Numbered from the stretch's first letter, positions 8,384-19,272 are shown. The stretch: 64,000 bases of DNA from Salinivirgaceae bacterium (GCA_024405635.1 JAKSOL010000009.1:32001-96000); one strand, 5' to 3'. Made by a program: numbers and translations. Notes: a model not told the origin generated them from the letters alone.

Positions 8384-10711
8384 ATGAACATGAAAAAAAC
8401 TATTCTATCGGCAATGACTATTGTTGGAACTATGGTAGCCTGCACAACTAGCGAGCCTAAACTGGGCAAATCGTCGATTGACGACATTATTGCCGCAATG
8501 ACAATTGAAGAAAAAGCACACATTATTATTGGCACTGGAATGGACAATCAAGGCGACACTGCCGTGGTTGGAAACACAAAACACATCATTCCCGGAGCAG
8601 CAGGAACAACTTCATTAATTGAGCGTTTAGGCATTACTTCAATGGTACTTGCCGATGGTCCAGCAGGTTTACGCATCAACCCTCAGCGCGAAGGAGTTGA
8701 CCGCACATTTTTCTGCACCCATTTCCCTATTGGCACATTGCTAGCCTCAACATGGAACCAAGAATTAGTTGAACAAGTTGGTCAAGCAATAGGCAACGAA
8801 GTACTTGAATATGGTGTTGATGTTTTGCTTGCACCTGGATTGAACATTCACCGCAACCCTCTTTGTGGCCGAAACTTTGAATATTACAGCGAAGACCCTC
8901 TTGTTACTGGTAAAATTGCATCGGCCTACGTTCGCGGAGTTCAAAGTAACGGAGTTGGTGTTTCGCTAAAGCATTTTGCTGCCAACAATCAAGAGAGCAA
9001 CCGCATGGCAAACGATGCGCGAATGTCAACACGTGCATTGCGCGAGATATACCTTAAAGGTTTTGAAATAGCTGTAAAAGAAGCTAAACCTTGGACTATT
9101 ATGACATCGTACAACCATATAAACGGCACATACACTTCGGAAAACAAAGACCTGCTACTCACCATTTTACGCAACGAATGGGGATTTGATGGCACTGTTA
9201 TGACCGACTGGTATAGCGGTAACAATGTTGTTGCACAAACCGAGGCTTGCAACGACATGATACAACCAGGAACCGACCGCCAATTTAACATTCTTGTTGA
9301 CGCCATAAAAAACGGCAATATATCAGAAGATGCTGTTAATCAAAATGTTAAACGCATTTTGCAACTAGTAACAAAAACACCGCGATTCAAAGGATACCAA
9401 TTCAGCAACAACCCCGATTTAAAAGCTCATGCTCAAGTAACTCGCCAATCGGCAACCGAAGGCATGGTATTGCTTAAAAACAACAACACTTTGCCGCTAT
9501 CAAAAGAGGTGAAAAATGTTGCACTTTTTGGATGCACCTCATACCTGTTTATTGCAGGCGGAACGGGCTCAGGCAATGTTAACCGAGCATACACAGTGTC
9601 GCTACTCGATGGCCTGACAAATAATGGTTACAATGTTGATAGCACATTTACCAACACATACCAAACCCACATTGACGCAGAAAACGAGCGCAACCATTTT
9701 AATAGTCCAAACGCTGTTTTGTACACAGCAAAACGTCCGGTTGAATTGATTCCAGATGCACAAAAAATGAAAGTTCAGGCCGAAAAAACTGACATTGCTA
9801 TAGTAACAATAGGCCGCAATTCGGGAGAATTCTTAGACCGCACAGTTGCCGATTTTTCACTATCGTCAGAAGAACAACAACTTGTAAGCAACGTTTGCAA
9901 AACCTTTCATGCTGCAGGCAAAAAAGTAATTGTTATTCTAAATGTTGGTGGCGTTATTGAAACCGCATCGTGGAAAGACCAACCAGACGCAATATTATTG
10001 GCATGGCAACCTGGACAAGAAGGCGGAAACTCAATTGTTGACGTACTTAACGGAACTATATCGCCAAGCGGAAAACTTCCAATGACATTCCCAATAAACT
10101 TTACCGACCATGCTTCATCGGCAAATTTCCCAATTGAGGCTCGCCCTACTCACTACGAAACCGTTGGCGCCGCAAAAACAGAAGTTAAGAATTGGGACTA
10201 CACCAATTACGAAGAAGATATTTATGTTGGCTATCGTTACTTCGATAGTTTTGAAAAAGAAGTATCGTTCCCATTTGGCTACGGTTTAAGCTACTCTACT
10301 TTTGAGTATTCAAACATTGCGGTTAAATCAAATGCAAACGAAGTATCAGTTTCGTTCTCAATAAAAAACACGGGCACGGTTGCTGCTAAAGAAGTTGCAC
10401 AACTTTACATTTCGGCTCCTAATGCTAAGAGCAACAACAAACCCGAAAAAGAGTTGAAAGCCTTTGCCAAAACCACAGAACTAAAGCCTGGCGAATCGCA
10501 AACCATAACCTTAACAGTTAAAACTGCCGACTTGGCTTCGTTCAATTCAGAGGCAAGCGCTTGGCAAACCGATGCTGGAACCTACAAAATTCTTGTAGGC
10601 GCTTCGTCGCGCGACATTCGCCTTACTTCCGAAGTTGAAGTTGATGCTCTTGAAGCAAAAGTTAACAACGTGCTAAATCCACAAGTTGAGCTCAACTTGC
10701 TTAAACGATAA
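8384..10711 (+). CDS. GH3 beta-glucosidase, lipoprotein, with a C-terminal Fn3-like domain
   Basis: DGPAG, GRNFEYYSEDP, KHFAANNQE, MTDW nucleophile, FPFGYGLSY. Confidence 0.93.
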   Translation: MNMKKTILSAMTIVGTMVACTTSEPKLGKSSIDDIIAAMTIEEKAHIIIGTGMDNQGDTAVVGNTKHIIPGAAGTTSLIERLGITSMVLADGPAGLRINPQREGVDRTFFCTHFPIGTLLASTWNQELVEQVGQAIGNEVLEYGVDVLLAPGLNIHRNPLCGRNFEYYSEDPLVTGKIASAYVRGVQSNGVGVSLKHFAANNQESNRMANDARMSTRALREIYLKGFEIAVKEAKPWTIMTSYNHINGTYTSENKDLLLTILRNEWGFDGTVMTDWYSGNNVVAQTEACNDMIQPGTDRQFNILVDAIKNGNISEDAVNQNVKRILQLVTKTPRFKGYQFSNNPDLKAHAQVTRQSATEGMVLLKNNNTLPLSKEVKNVALFGCTSYLFIAGGTGSGNVNRAYTVSLLDGLTNNGYNVDSTFTNTYQTHIDAENERNHFNSPNAVLYTAKRPVELIPDAQKMKVQAEKTDIAIVTIGRNSGEFLDRTVADFSLSSEEQQLVSNVCKTFHAAGKKVIVILNVGGVIETASWKDQPDAILLAWQPGQEGGNSIVDVLNGTISPSGKLPMTFPINFTDHASSANFPIEARPTHYETVGAAKTEVKNWDYTNYEEDIYVGYRYFDSFEKEVSFPFGYGLSYSTFEYSNIAVKSNANEVSVSFSIKNTGTVAAKEVAQLYISAPNAKSNNKPEKELKAFAKTTELKPGESQTITLTVKTADLASFNSEASAWQTDAGTYKILVGASSRDIRLTSEVEVDALEAKVNNVLNPQVELNLLKR

Positions 10712-10725
10712 AGCACTTTTATCAT

Positions 10726-10767
10726 AACAAAAAGGCGCGTGCAAAATCTGTACGCGCCTTTTGTTTT
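10726..10767. terminator. Intrinsic terminator, probably bidirectional
   Basis: AAAAGGCGCGTGCA-aaatc-TGTACGCGCCTTTT between convergent genes. Confidence 0.8.
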
Positions 10768-10810
10768 ATATATTCCACTATGTTTCTGCGTTTTATCTCC
10801 TATAAAAGCA

Positions 10811-11941
10811 CTAAATACGAACATCGATATTCTCTATTGCATTCAATAGTTTTTTAGCATTAGCATTATTGTCATAATAATTCAATGCCACCCTACGCTT
10901 GTCCACATCATTTTCAGTAAAAGCTACATTTTGCAACTTGTGGCACAATAAACGCAACTCCTCTTCGGTTTCAAATTTCATCACCAAATCATCCAAATCA
11001 GTACCGTCAAGCATCATGTTGTTAGCAATGCAATGACGACCTTTATATAAGGAATCGATTAATTTCAGTTTTACCCCAGATTTGTGGAAAGTTGGCAATA
11101 CTATTATATGCGCATTAGCAACTATTTCGTCCATTGCTTCAGCATCAGGATTAACAATCAACCGCACGTTTTTGGTTGCCTCAACAAGTTCTTGCAAATT
11201 TTTGCTTGGCAATCGACCGGCTATTACAACGTTCACTGCAGTTTCTCGTAACGATTCAACAACAAACTTTGCAGCCAATTCGTTAGACAACAACGATAAA
11301 TCGGCATGAAACAAAACGTATTTTCCTATTCCAGTTAATGACGTTACATTATTATTTGAGTGAGCAGGCGGCAACCACACCGATTTTCCATACTTATCGT
11401 TAAAATACCGATTCTCGCTTTTAGAAATAGATGCTATTAATTGTGCATTATGCAGAACCTTTTCATAACTGCGCAACCTTTTACTTTCAGTATAGAAGTA
11501 TATTTTTTTTAGCCAATTTCGTTCGTTATTAAAAAGCTGACGATAATATTCGTGTTCACAATTATGAGCACGAACAATCTTAACCCTATTTCGCAATTCT
11601 GGTCTATTAAGCAACAATGTTGTGTGTAGTCCCTCAAACAAAATAGGATAATCGTCTTTTAATAAGTTTTGTAATAACGCATTGCTCTCGCGCGATTTCA
11701 CTATATACGGGATAGAAGAGAATGCACTCAATATGCTAGTATTCCGGTTATAATAGTTTACAGAGAAACAAAAATCTTCAAGAAGATGGTGCGGTGCCCT
11801 ATTATATACAAAACAATGCAGATGAACTTTTACTCCAGCCTCAGCCAAAGCCTTTGCCCGATAGTAAATATCAATCACACCACCATAGTTGGCAGGGAAA
11901 GGAACATTAAGGCTAATTATGTGAAGATGCTCAACCACCAT
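10811..11941 (-). CDS. GT4-like glycosyltransferase
   Basis: P.P.NYGG N-terminus, HN.E motif, SGVKLKL motif. Confidence 0.8.
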   Translation of the reverse strand: MVVEHLHIISLNVPFPANYGGVIDIYYRAKALAEAGVKVHLHCFVYNRAPHHLLEDFCFSVNYYNRNTSILSAFSSIPYIVKSRESNALLQNLLKDDYPILFEGLHTTLLLNRPELRNRVKIVRAHNCEHEYYRQLFNNERNWLKKIYFYTESKRLRSYEKVLHNAQLIASISKSENRYFNDKYGKSVWLPPAHSNNNVTSLTGIGKYVLFHADLSLLSNELAAKFVVESLRETAVNVVIAGRLPSKNLQELVEATKNVRLIVNPDAEAMDEIVANAHIIVLPTFHKSGVKLKLIDSLYKGRHCIANNMMLDGTDLDDLVMKFETEEELRLLCHKLQNVAFTENDVDKRRVALNYYDNNANAKKLLNAIENIDVRI

Positions 11942-11976
11942 TATTATTCAAGAATAAAAGAATAAACCAACAGCAT

Positions 11977-13119
11977 TTATGGGTTCCACCTCCGAATTTT
12001 CAACTTCATTGCATTTGGCACAGGTTTTTCCGACACCAAAACCAAATAACCGCCAGCCCCAGCTCCAGGCAATTTATATCCCAAAACCGAATCTTTATAT
12101 TGGTCAATCACCTCTTGAATACGCTCGTAAACCATGTTTGGAAACATTGTAATTTGAACTTTAAACGATTCGGTAACAGCCTTGCCAAACGCAACAATGT
12201 CCATATTCATAATCGCATCCCAGCAATGGTCGGCGGCTGTAGTTAACGCCACAATATTATCGGGTGTTACGTTGGTGTTACAAAGCAAATCGGTGCCAGC
12301 AGGACGAGGCCACAGCGTAACCATATAAATGTGATTCTCAAGCCACGACAAAATGCGTTCATCGTTTACGCGCTCAATTTTTTCAGGCCAATATTTGCCA
12401 TTATAATAATGCCGGCACAAACCAGGTACACATATTCCTATTGAATCTTGCGCCCCTGAAATAATGTCACGTCCCGGCTCATTTTCGTAACGAAAAAGCA
12501 TTTCAGCAAGCGTTTCGGGCTTTTCAAGTGGAAGTTGATAAGGCCACAGTTTACGAGCCGCGTTTCGTGTTGATGTGGACATTCCGCTTCGCTCGTTATA
12601 CTCCACAATAGGCTCAAGCGACATTGTGATAGCCCAACCTGGATGAATTTTTGAAAGAAAAGGTTGATCAATCCACGTTCCAGCCAAATCGAGTCTATAA
12701 GGGAGTTGACAAGTAGTGTTTCCACGCAACGACGTGGTAGAGCGTTGTGGCAACCCAGCATCTGGAATGCGTTTAAGAACAATGTACTCAATGCCAAGTT
12801 GCTTGCAAAGTTGCTCTTTTGCCGGCGAGTGCCCGTCCTCATTAACAACATACCTATCAGGAGCAAGTTGTTTCAATTCGTCAACAAAGTCAAGCATTCC
12901 GCTACCACTATTAACCCAAGCATCTTTAACATACTTAATCGACTTAACCATATAAAGCCTTTCTTGCTCTGAATTGATAGTTTCGCGACCTTTTAATTCC
13001 CTAATTGTTGCATCAGAACCAATTCCAACATACAAATCGCCATAGGTAGCAGCCTCCTTAAAAAAAGCCACATGACCACTATGCAACATATCGTAACAAC
13101 CAGAAACAAATACTTTCAT
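11977..13119 (-). CDS. Cytidylyltransferase-like domain fused to a GHMP-kinase-like domain
   Basis: SGCYDMLHSGH (HIGH-type) at the N-terminus. R.DLAG.W.D, SGMSTS, G.QD and GYKLPGAGAGG in the C-terminal part. Confidence 0.8.
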   Translation of the reverse strand: MKVFVSGCYDMLHSGHVAFFKEAATYGDLYVGIGSDATIRELKGRETINSEQERLYMVKSIKYVKDAWVNSGSGMLDFVDELKQLAPDRYVVNEDGHSPAKEQLCKQLGIEYIVLKRIPDAGLPQRSTTSLRGNTTCQLPYRLDLAGTWIDQPFLSKIHPGWAITMSLEPIVEYNERSGMSTSTRNAARKLWPYQLPLEKPETLAEMLFRYENEPGRDIISGAQDSIGICVPGLCRHYYNGKYWPEKIERVNDERILSWLENHIYMVTLWPRPAGTDLLCNTNVTPDNIVALTTAADHCWDAIMNMDIVAFGKAVTESFKVQITMFPNMVYERIQEVIDQYKDSVLGYKLPGAGAGGYLVLVSEKPVPNAMKLKIRRWNP

Positions 13120-13340
13120 ACTTATGATTTTGAATTGAACTGCCAAATTTGACAATTTTTCGCAGTAAAGCGTAGCAAACCGAAAAACAAATACACCAAA
13201 TTGTAAAGATGAACCACATTGAAAAAAAACGGAACTCTAATCGTATAATGCGGTTGGCTATGTTGATTAATTACTATTTTAGGGCTTTGTTTTGCGGCAA
13301 ACTCAACAACGGTTTGTCGCCACTAAAAATTGATTGACTT

Positions 13341-15632
13341 ATGAGTAATGAACAGAAAAATGGAGTGAAAAAGAACATCACAAACAGTGTTTTCCAATTC
13401 TCTGTTATTGGATTCTTTTCAGGACTAGTAATAACCGTAATTGGCTATGCTATTGCACTTAGCGAAAACGATTTAGTGTTCACATTCCAAAACTTGGCAA
13501 AGTTACATAGTACAAACGAGCACTTGTTTATTTTAACATTGCTACCATTTTTAATATTGCTAGCAGGTGTTTTTGCAGGTCGCGTTACATACAAAGTTTC
13601 AGAAAAGTTTTATGACCTTCAGCACTTGAAGAATAACAATCTTCACGAATTAGAGAACTTTGCCGAGGAGCTATCGAAAGGCAATTTGGAGATTGAATAC
13701 ACCCCAGAAAAAGGCAATCAGTTGGGCAATATAATGATAGAGTTGCGCAACAACCTTCAAAAGAACAAAGAAGAAGATGCCCGCCGCAAAAAAGAAGACG
13801 AGCAACGCAACTGGACAGCAACTGGTCTTGCTCAATTTGGCGAGACATTGCGCAACAACAACTCCGACATGAACCTTTTGGCAAATGAGGTAATAAGTCA
13901 ACTTTGCGCTTACATCAACGCAGTGCAAGGCGGTTTGTTCCTTATTGATGACCAAATTGAAAACGATGTTCACTTTGAATTGATGGCGCACTTTGCCTAC
14001 AACCGTAAAAAATACTGCCAACACCGAGTTGGACTTTCAGAAGGTTTGATAGGACGTGCTGCTTACGAAAAAAGTTCAATTTATATTGATGAAGTTCCCG
14101 ACGATTACATTGAGGTAACCTCAGGATTGGGTGAAGCAAACCCAAAAGTGCTACTTATTGTTCCTATCAAAACCGAAGATGCAGTACTTGGTGTTCTTGA
14201 AATATCATCGTTCACTCCTTTTGAGCAATACGTTATTGAGTTTGTTGAAAAAGTGGCAGGTAGCATTGCAACCACAATTGCTGCTGTAAAAACAAACTTG
14301 AACAACCAAAAGATGCTTGAAGATTCGAAAATTCAAGAGGAATTAAGAAAACAACAAGAAGAAGAAATGCGTCAAAACATTGAAGAGATGACTGCTACAC
14401 AAGAAGACTTTAACCAACGTAGCGCCATTTTTGAAAGTTTTGAAAACGCCATTGACAACTCGTTCTACCGCGCCGAATTTGATTTAAACGGCAACCTTGT
14501 TTTGGCAAACAACACATTTATATCGCAACTTGGCTACGCAACAATTGACGATATTAAAGGCCACCACGTATCAATGTTTGTTTCGCCAACCGAACACGAA
14601 GATTTTAATCACATTTGGGACGAACTAACACACAAAAAGAACTACGAAAAATATTTGCGCTTTGCTACTAAAAGCGGAAAAGACGTATGGATGCTATCTA
14701 CTTTCAGTGGTCAAAAAAGCACATACGGAACTATGCAAAGCGTGCTATTTATTGGTATTGAAAGCACAAAACAAAAAGAAACTGAAATTGCCATTAAAAA
14801 CCAAATTAGCGCAGTTAACGATAGCTGCATTATGTTTGACTACGCTACTAGCGGCAGAATGACCAGTTACAACCAAAAATTTGCTACCACACTTGGCTTT
14901 ACCGACGACCAACTAAAGGACTACAACGTATTCAACTTAATGAGTAGCGTTGACCAAGATAGTTTTGAGGCAACTTGGAACGAAATAATTAACGGTAAAC
15001 CATACTCATGCGAAGTAAAAGTTAAAGCAGCCTCAACCGACATCTGGTTGGCTATCAACTTTACTCCTATTCAAAACGACCGCGGAGAGTACACTCAAAT
15101 TGTTGCTATTGCTAGCGACATTACCACTTTAAAATTGGCCGAAGAAACAATTAAGAAACAAGACAATGAGTTAAAAACTCAAGCTGAACAACTTGAAGCC
15201 GCAGCAACAAATCTTGAAGAGGCTGTTGCTAATGCAAAACAAGAAGTTAAAGCTCAGTCGCTTGAAATTGAACGCATCAAAATGCGCAACGAAAAAACAC
15301 TTGAAGGTTTGCGCGACGCCGTTGTTACCATATCTCGCGAAGGCAACATTGAGTTCTTTAACCGCGCAGCTGAGTCGCTTTGGGGCTACTCTCGCATGGA
15401 AGTGTTGGGACAAAACATTAAAAAATTGTTCCGCAAATACACCGAAGAAGACAACGAATTTATGGCGAACTTGCTTCACCCCGATAAACGCAAAACAGTG
15501 GGAATGCGCGAAAACGTTGAAATTTTAGCAAAAGACGGAACCGAAAAACCTGTGGTTATTTTACTATCGGGTGCAAAAGTTCAGAACGAATACACCTACA
15601 CTGCTTTCATTCAGTTTAACGAGGCCGAATAA
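13341..15632 (+). CDS. Membrane-anchored HAMP-like/GAF/multi-PAS sensor protein with no recognisable output domain
   Basis: Two N-terminal TM helices, a GAF domain (GLIGRAA...LIVPIK...LGVLEI), coiled coils (QQEEEMRQNIEEM) and three PAS-like repeats (e.g. FNRAAESLWGYSRMEVLGQN). Confidence 0.75.
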   Translation: MSNEQKNGVKKNITNSVFQFSVIGFFSGLVITVIGYAIALSENDLVFTFQNLAKLHSTNEHLFILTLLPFLILLAGVFAGRVTYKVSEKFYDLQHLKNNNLHELENFAEELSKGNLEIEYTPEKGNQLGNIMIELRNNLQKNKEEDARRKKEDEQRNWTATGLAQFGETLRNNNSDMNLLANEVISQLCAYINAVQGGLFLIDDQIENDVHFELMAHFAYNRKKYCQHRVGLSEGLIGRAAYEKSSIYIDEVPDDYIEVTSGLGEANPKVLLIVPIKTEDAVLGVLEISSFTPFEQYVIEFVEKVAGSIATTIAAVKTNLNNQKMLEDSKIQEELRKQQEEEMRQNIEEMTATQEDFNQRSAIFESFENAIDNSFYRAEFDLNGNLVLANNTFISQLGYATIDDIKGHHVSMFVSPTEHEDFNHIWDELTHKKNYEKYLRFATKSGKDVWMLSTFSGQKSTYGTMQSVLFIGIESTKQKETEIAIKNQISAVNDSCIMFDYATSGRMTSYNQKFATTLGFTDDQLKDYNVFNLMSSVDQDSFEATWNEIINGKPYSCEVKVKAASTDIWLAINFTPIQNDRGEYTQIVAIASDITTLKLAEETIKKQDNELKTQAEQLEAAATNLEEAVANAKQEVKAQSLEIERIKMRNEKTLEGLRDAVVTISREGNIEFFNRAAESLWGYSRMEVLGQNIKKLFRKYTEEDNEFMANLLHPDKRKTVGMRENVEILAKDGTEKPVVILLSGAKVQNEYTYTAFIQFNEAE

Positions 15633-15641
15633 TTTGTTTGA

Positions 15642-17114
15642 ATGAGCAAACATATAAGCCGATTGTTCATCATATTGATTGGGTTGTTGCTACTTGCAGC
15701 AGCCCAATCGTGTATTGAGGAGGATGGAAATAAATTCACCAACAATCCCAATGCTTATCTTGCTTTTTCAACCGACACACTAAAATTCGACACTGTTTTT
15801 ACATCTATCGGCTCTGCCTCAAAGCAAATTATAGTTTACAACAAAAACAAAAACGCGGTGCGAACCAATGTTTCGGTTCAAAGCAACTTTTACCATATTA
15901 TTGTTGACGGAACAAAAGGTAATTCGCTCAATAACATTGTAATACGAGGTGGTGATAGCATTTATATATTTGTTGATGTTACTATCGACCCACAAAACAG
16001 CAACTCTCCCGTTGTTATACTTGACTCAATAACTTTCGCCACCAATGGCAATTGTCAAAGTGTAAAACTAATGGCGTATGGGCAAGACATTCACATGATT
16101 ACCGATACCGTTATTAAAACACAAACGTGGAAAGCCGACAAACCTTACCTTATTTGCAACTCTTTACTCATTGATTCGCTTGAAACTCTTACCATCGAAG
16201 AGGGCACTCACCTTCATTTTCGACCAAATACGAGCTTACTGGTAAAAGGAACACTAAAGGTTAATGGAACAAATGAAAATCCTGTAGTATTTGAAGGCGA
16301 CCGCTTGGAAGAATATTACAAAAACAAGCCAGGACAATGGGGCAAGGTTTCTGAAGTTGAAGGCACCAAGCAGTATTTGGGCAACATTAATTTCTTTACC
16401 AGTAGCAGCAACAACGAAATAAACTACGCTGTAATAAGAAATGGTGTTAAGGGAGTTCAAATTAACAGTAACTCCGACAGTACCACTACTCTAAAAATCG
16501 CCAACACCATTATTGAAAACATGTCAATAGCTGGAATATACGCGCAATCGACTAACATTTTGGTTTACAACACAATAGTTACAAATTGCGGTTATTACGC
16601 CGTTTTTTTAACCATGGGCGGAAACTACGAATTTTTCCACACCACCATTGCCAATTACACAACTACACGCAACACACCTTCGCTTGTATTCAGCAATTAT
16701 TCCACGTCAGGTAGCAATACCAAATTATTCAACTTTAACGCAACATTTGCCAACAGCATCATTTGCGGCTCACGGTCTGCGGAGTTTATTGCCGACATGC
16801 AAAGTTCTGATTCTTTGAACTTTAATTACTCTTTTGAAAATTGCTTGATTAACTTACCCCGAAACACCAACATTTCTGACACAAACACATTCCGCAATGT
16901 GATACTTGCAATTGACTCGTTGCCACGTTTTGTCGATGTTGAGAAACATAATTTCAGGCTCGACACTCTATCGGCAGCCAAAGACAAAGGCAAGTTGCAA
17001 TATGGCAAACTATTTCCAACCGATTTTGACGGCAATAGCCGCATCGACGACAAACTGCCCGACCTTGGTGCGTTTGAACGAATTGAAAACCAACCTATTA
17101 CTAAGAAACCATGA
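15642..17114 (+). CDS. Lipoprotein with a right-handed beta-helix region and a choice-of-anchor-Q-like C-terminus
   Basis: Lipobox AQSC, beta-helix-like repeats, and C-terminal NFRL...S.A.DKG...TD.DG..R...PDLGAFE. Confidence 0.6.
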   Translation: MSKHISRLFIILIGLLLLAAAQSCIEEDGNKFTNNPNAYLAFSTDTLKFDTVFTSIGSASKQIIVYNKNKNAVRTNVSVQSNFYHIIVDGTKGNSLNNIVIRGGDSIYIFVDVTIDPQNSNSPVVILDSITFATNGNCQSVKLMAYGQDIHMITDTVIKTQTWKADKPYLICNSLLIDSLETLTIEEGTHLHFRPNTSLLVKGTLKVNGTNENPVVFEGDRLEEYYKNKPGQWGKVSEVEGTKQYLGNINFFTSSSNNEINYAVIRNGVKGVQINSNSDSTTTLKIANTIIENMSIAGIYAQSTNILVYNTIVTNCGYYAVFLTMGGNYEFFHTTIANYTTTRNTPSLVFSNYSTSGSNTKLFNFNATFANSIICGSRSAEFIADMQSSDSLNFNYSFENCLINLPRNTNISDTNTFRNVILAIDSLPRFVDVEKHNFRLDTLSAAKDKGKLQYGKLFPTDFDGNSRIDDKLPDLGAFERIENQPITKKP

Positions 17115-18172
17115 ATCGCATATACGCAACAATTATTGGACTTATTGTAGCAGTTTCATCTTGGGCGCAAAGTTCAGGATTAACTCCCGAACTTGAAAAA
17201 GCGGTAGAGCAACAGCGTTACTTACGGTTAATGTTCTACAATTGCGAAAACTTTTTCGACACCGACGATGACCCTTTGACTCGCGACGAAGAATTTACTC
17301 CTGAAGGCGAACGCCATTGGAACAAAAAACGTTACAACGAAAAGCAAGACCATGTTAGCCAAGTAGTTGCAGCCATTGGCGGTTGGCAAGCGCCTGACAT
17401 TATAGGATTGTGCGAAATTGAGTCGCGAAAGGTGATACTCGATTTAACTTTAGACTCTAAACTATATGTTTTTGAGTACAAATTTCTTCACAAAGAATCG
17501 CCCGACTCTCGCGGCATTGACGTGGCTCTACTCTACCAACCCAAAAGCTACACGCCAATAAAAACCGAATTCATACCAGTTCACTATCCAAATAGTAGCC
17601 GTTCAACTCGCGACATTTTGTTTAGTACAGGAACAACACGCAACGGCGACACATTGCACATTTTTGTAAACCACTGGCCATCGCGATGGGGCGGACAATC
17701 CGAAACCGACGAATTGCGCTGCTACGTCGCCTCAATAGTTCGGCATAAAGTTGATTCTCTTGTAACCGCAAACTCGCGCTCAAACATCATTATTATGGGC
17801 GACTTAAACGATTATCCTAACAACAACAGCGTTTGCAGCGTACTTAAAGCAAAAACCGAGTTTAGCAATTTTGAGCAAACCGAATTGTACAACTTAGCTT
17901 ATTATCAGCAATTTGTAAAAATGCAAGGCACGCACAAATACGACGGAATGTGGGGAGTGCTTGACCAAATGATTATATCGGGCTCTCTGCTCGATGGCAA
18001 TGGTCCACTTTATACATCGAAAGACGATGCACACATTTTTAATGCCCCTTTTCTTCTCGAAAACGATGACACTCACATTGGTTACAAGCCTTTTAGAACC
18101 TATAATGGATACCAATATAATGGAGGCTTTAGCGATCATTTACCTGTTTTTATCAATATTTACAGAAAATAA
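17111..18172 (+). CDS. Secreted endonuclease/exonuclease/phosphatase (EEP) family protein
   Basis: FYNCENFFD, NHWPSR, MGDLND and SDHLP motifs, plus a signal peptide. Confidence 0.9.
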   Translation: MNRIYATIIGLIVAVSSWAQSSGLTPELEKAVEQQRYLRLMFYNCENFFDTDDDPLTRDEEFTPEGERHWNKKRYNEKQDHVSQVVAAIGGWQAPDIIGLCEIESRKVILDLTLDSKLYVFEYKFLHKESPDSRGIDVALLYQPKSYTPIKTEFIPVHYPNSSRSTRDILFSTGTTRNGDTLHIFVNHWPSRWGGQSETDELRCYVASIVRHKVDSLVTANSRSNIIIMGDLNDYPNNNSVCSVLKAKTEFSNFEQTELYNLAYYQQFVKMQGTHKYDGMWGVLDQMIISGSLLDGNGPLYTSKDDAHIFNAPFLLENDDTHIGYKPFRTYNGYQYNGGFSDHLPVFINIYRK

Positions 18173-18178
18173 CCTACA

Positions 18179-19249
18179 ATGAAACTATTCAACACAATCA
18201 TAGCCACATTGTTGACTATCAGCACAATGGCGCAAACCGAAGAAATAAACCTTCTGTTTGCTGGCGACATAATGGGACACGACTCACAAATTGCTGCAGC
18301 TTATATCGACAGCACCAAAACTTATAGCTATGCCGAATGTTTTGAGCATGTGAAACCTTTTGTTGAGCATGCCGATTTGGCAATTGCCAATCTTGAAGTA
18401 ACCTTGGCAGGCGAACCTTTCAAAGGTTATCCACAATTTTCGTCGCCCGACCAGCTTGCCATTGACGTGCAAAATTGCGGATTTGATGTGCTGGTTACTG
18501 CCAACAATCACTCGTGCGACCGCGGCAGCAAAGGAATTGCTCGCACTGTGAAAATTCTCGATTCGCTTAACATTGCCCACACTGGCACTTTTTGCGATTC
18601 GGCTGAATACAAAAGCAACTACCCTCTTGTGGTTGAAGTAAAAGGCATGCGCTTTGCTATTTTAAACTACACCTACGGAACAAATGGCATTACTGTGTCG
18701 AATGGCCGCATTGTAAATATGATTGACACAAAACAAATTACTGCCGATGTTGCTGCGGCTCGTTCAAAAAGCGATATGATTATTGCCTGCATGCACTGGG
18801 GAGACGAATATGTTACAACGCCCACAAATAGCGAAATTCAACTTGCTTCGATGCTGAAAAAGTTAGGTGTAGAACTGATTATTGGGTCGCACCCACACGT
18901 TCTGCAACCAATTGAATTAGACACTGTTAGCAATCAACTTACCGTTTATTCGTTAGGCAATTTTGTAAGCGGACAACGCACTGCTCCTCGCGATGGCGCC
19001 ATGATGGTTAATGTAAAACTAACTCCACAACCAAATGGAAAACCTCGAATCAGCGCTAGCTACCGCCTTACTTATGTTCACTACCCAATGGTAAATGGTA
19101 AACGCCACTTTATTGTGGTTCCTGTTGCTGCAGCCGAATCGGGATTGCTACAACCTATTAACTCAACTGATTGGGGACGACTAAACAAATTTGCTACCGA
19201 AGCTCGCTCAATAATGAGCAACAATGTGTGCGTTGACGAAGTAAAGTAA
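18179..19249 (+). CDS. CapA/PGA_cap family metallophosphatase
   Basis: GDIM, NLE, ANNHS.D.G, HWG.EY, G.HPHV.Q and YSLGNF motifs. Confidence 0.9.
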   Translation: MKLFNTIIATLLTISTMAQTEEINLLFAGDIMGHDSQIAAAYIDSTKTYSYAECFEHVKPFVEHADLAIANLEVTLAGEPFKGYPQFSSPDQLAIDVQNCGFDVLVTANNHSCDRGSKGIARTVKILDSLNIAHTGTFCDSAEYKSNYPLVVEVKGMRFAILNYTYGTNGITVSNGRIVNMIDTKQITADVAAARSKSDMIIACMHWGDEYVTTPTNSEIQLASMLKKLGVELIIGSHPHVLQPIELDTVSNQLTVYSLGNFVSGQRTAPRDGAMMVNVKLTPQPNGKPRISASYRLTYVHYPMVNGKRHFIVVPVAAAESGLLQPINSTDWGRLNKFATEARSIMSNNVCVDEVK

Positions 19250-19272
19250 CTCCCTGCGTTTCAGCAAGTAAC

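Noticed and set aside
10682-10699. Perfect 18-bp palindrome CAAGTTGAGCTCAACTTG
   Set aside because: It lies inside the GH3 coding end (QVELNL) as a single perfect copy and is plausibly codon coincidence.
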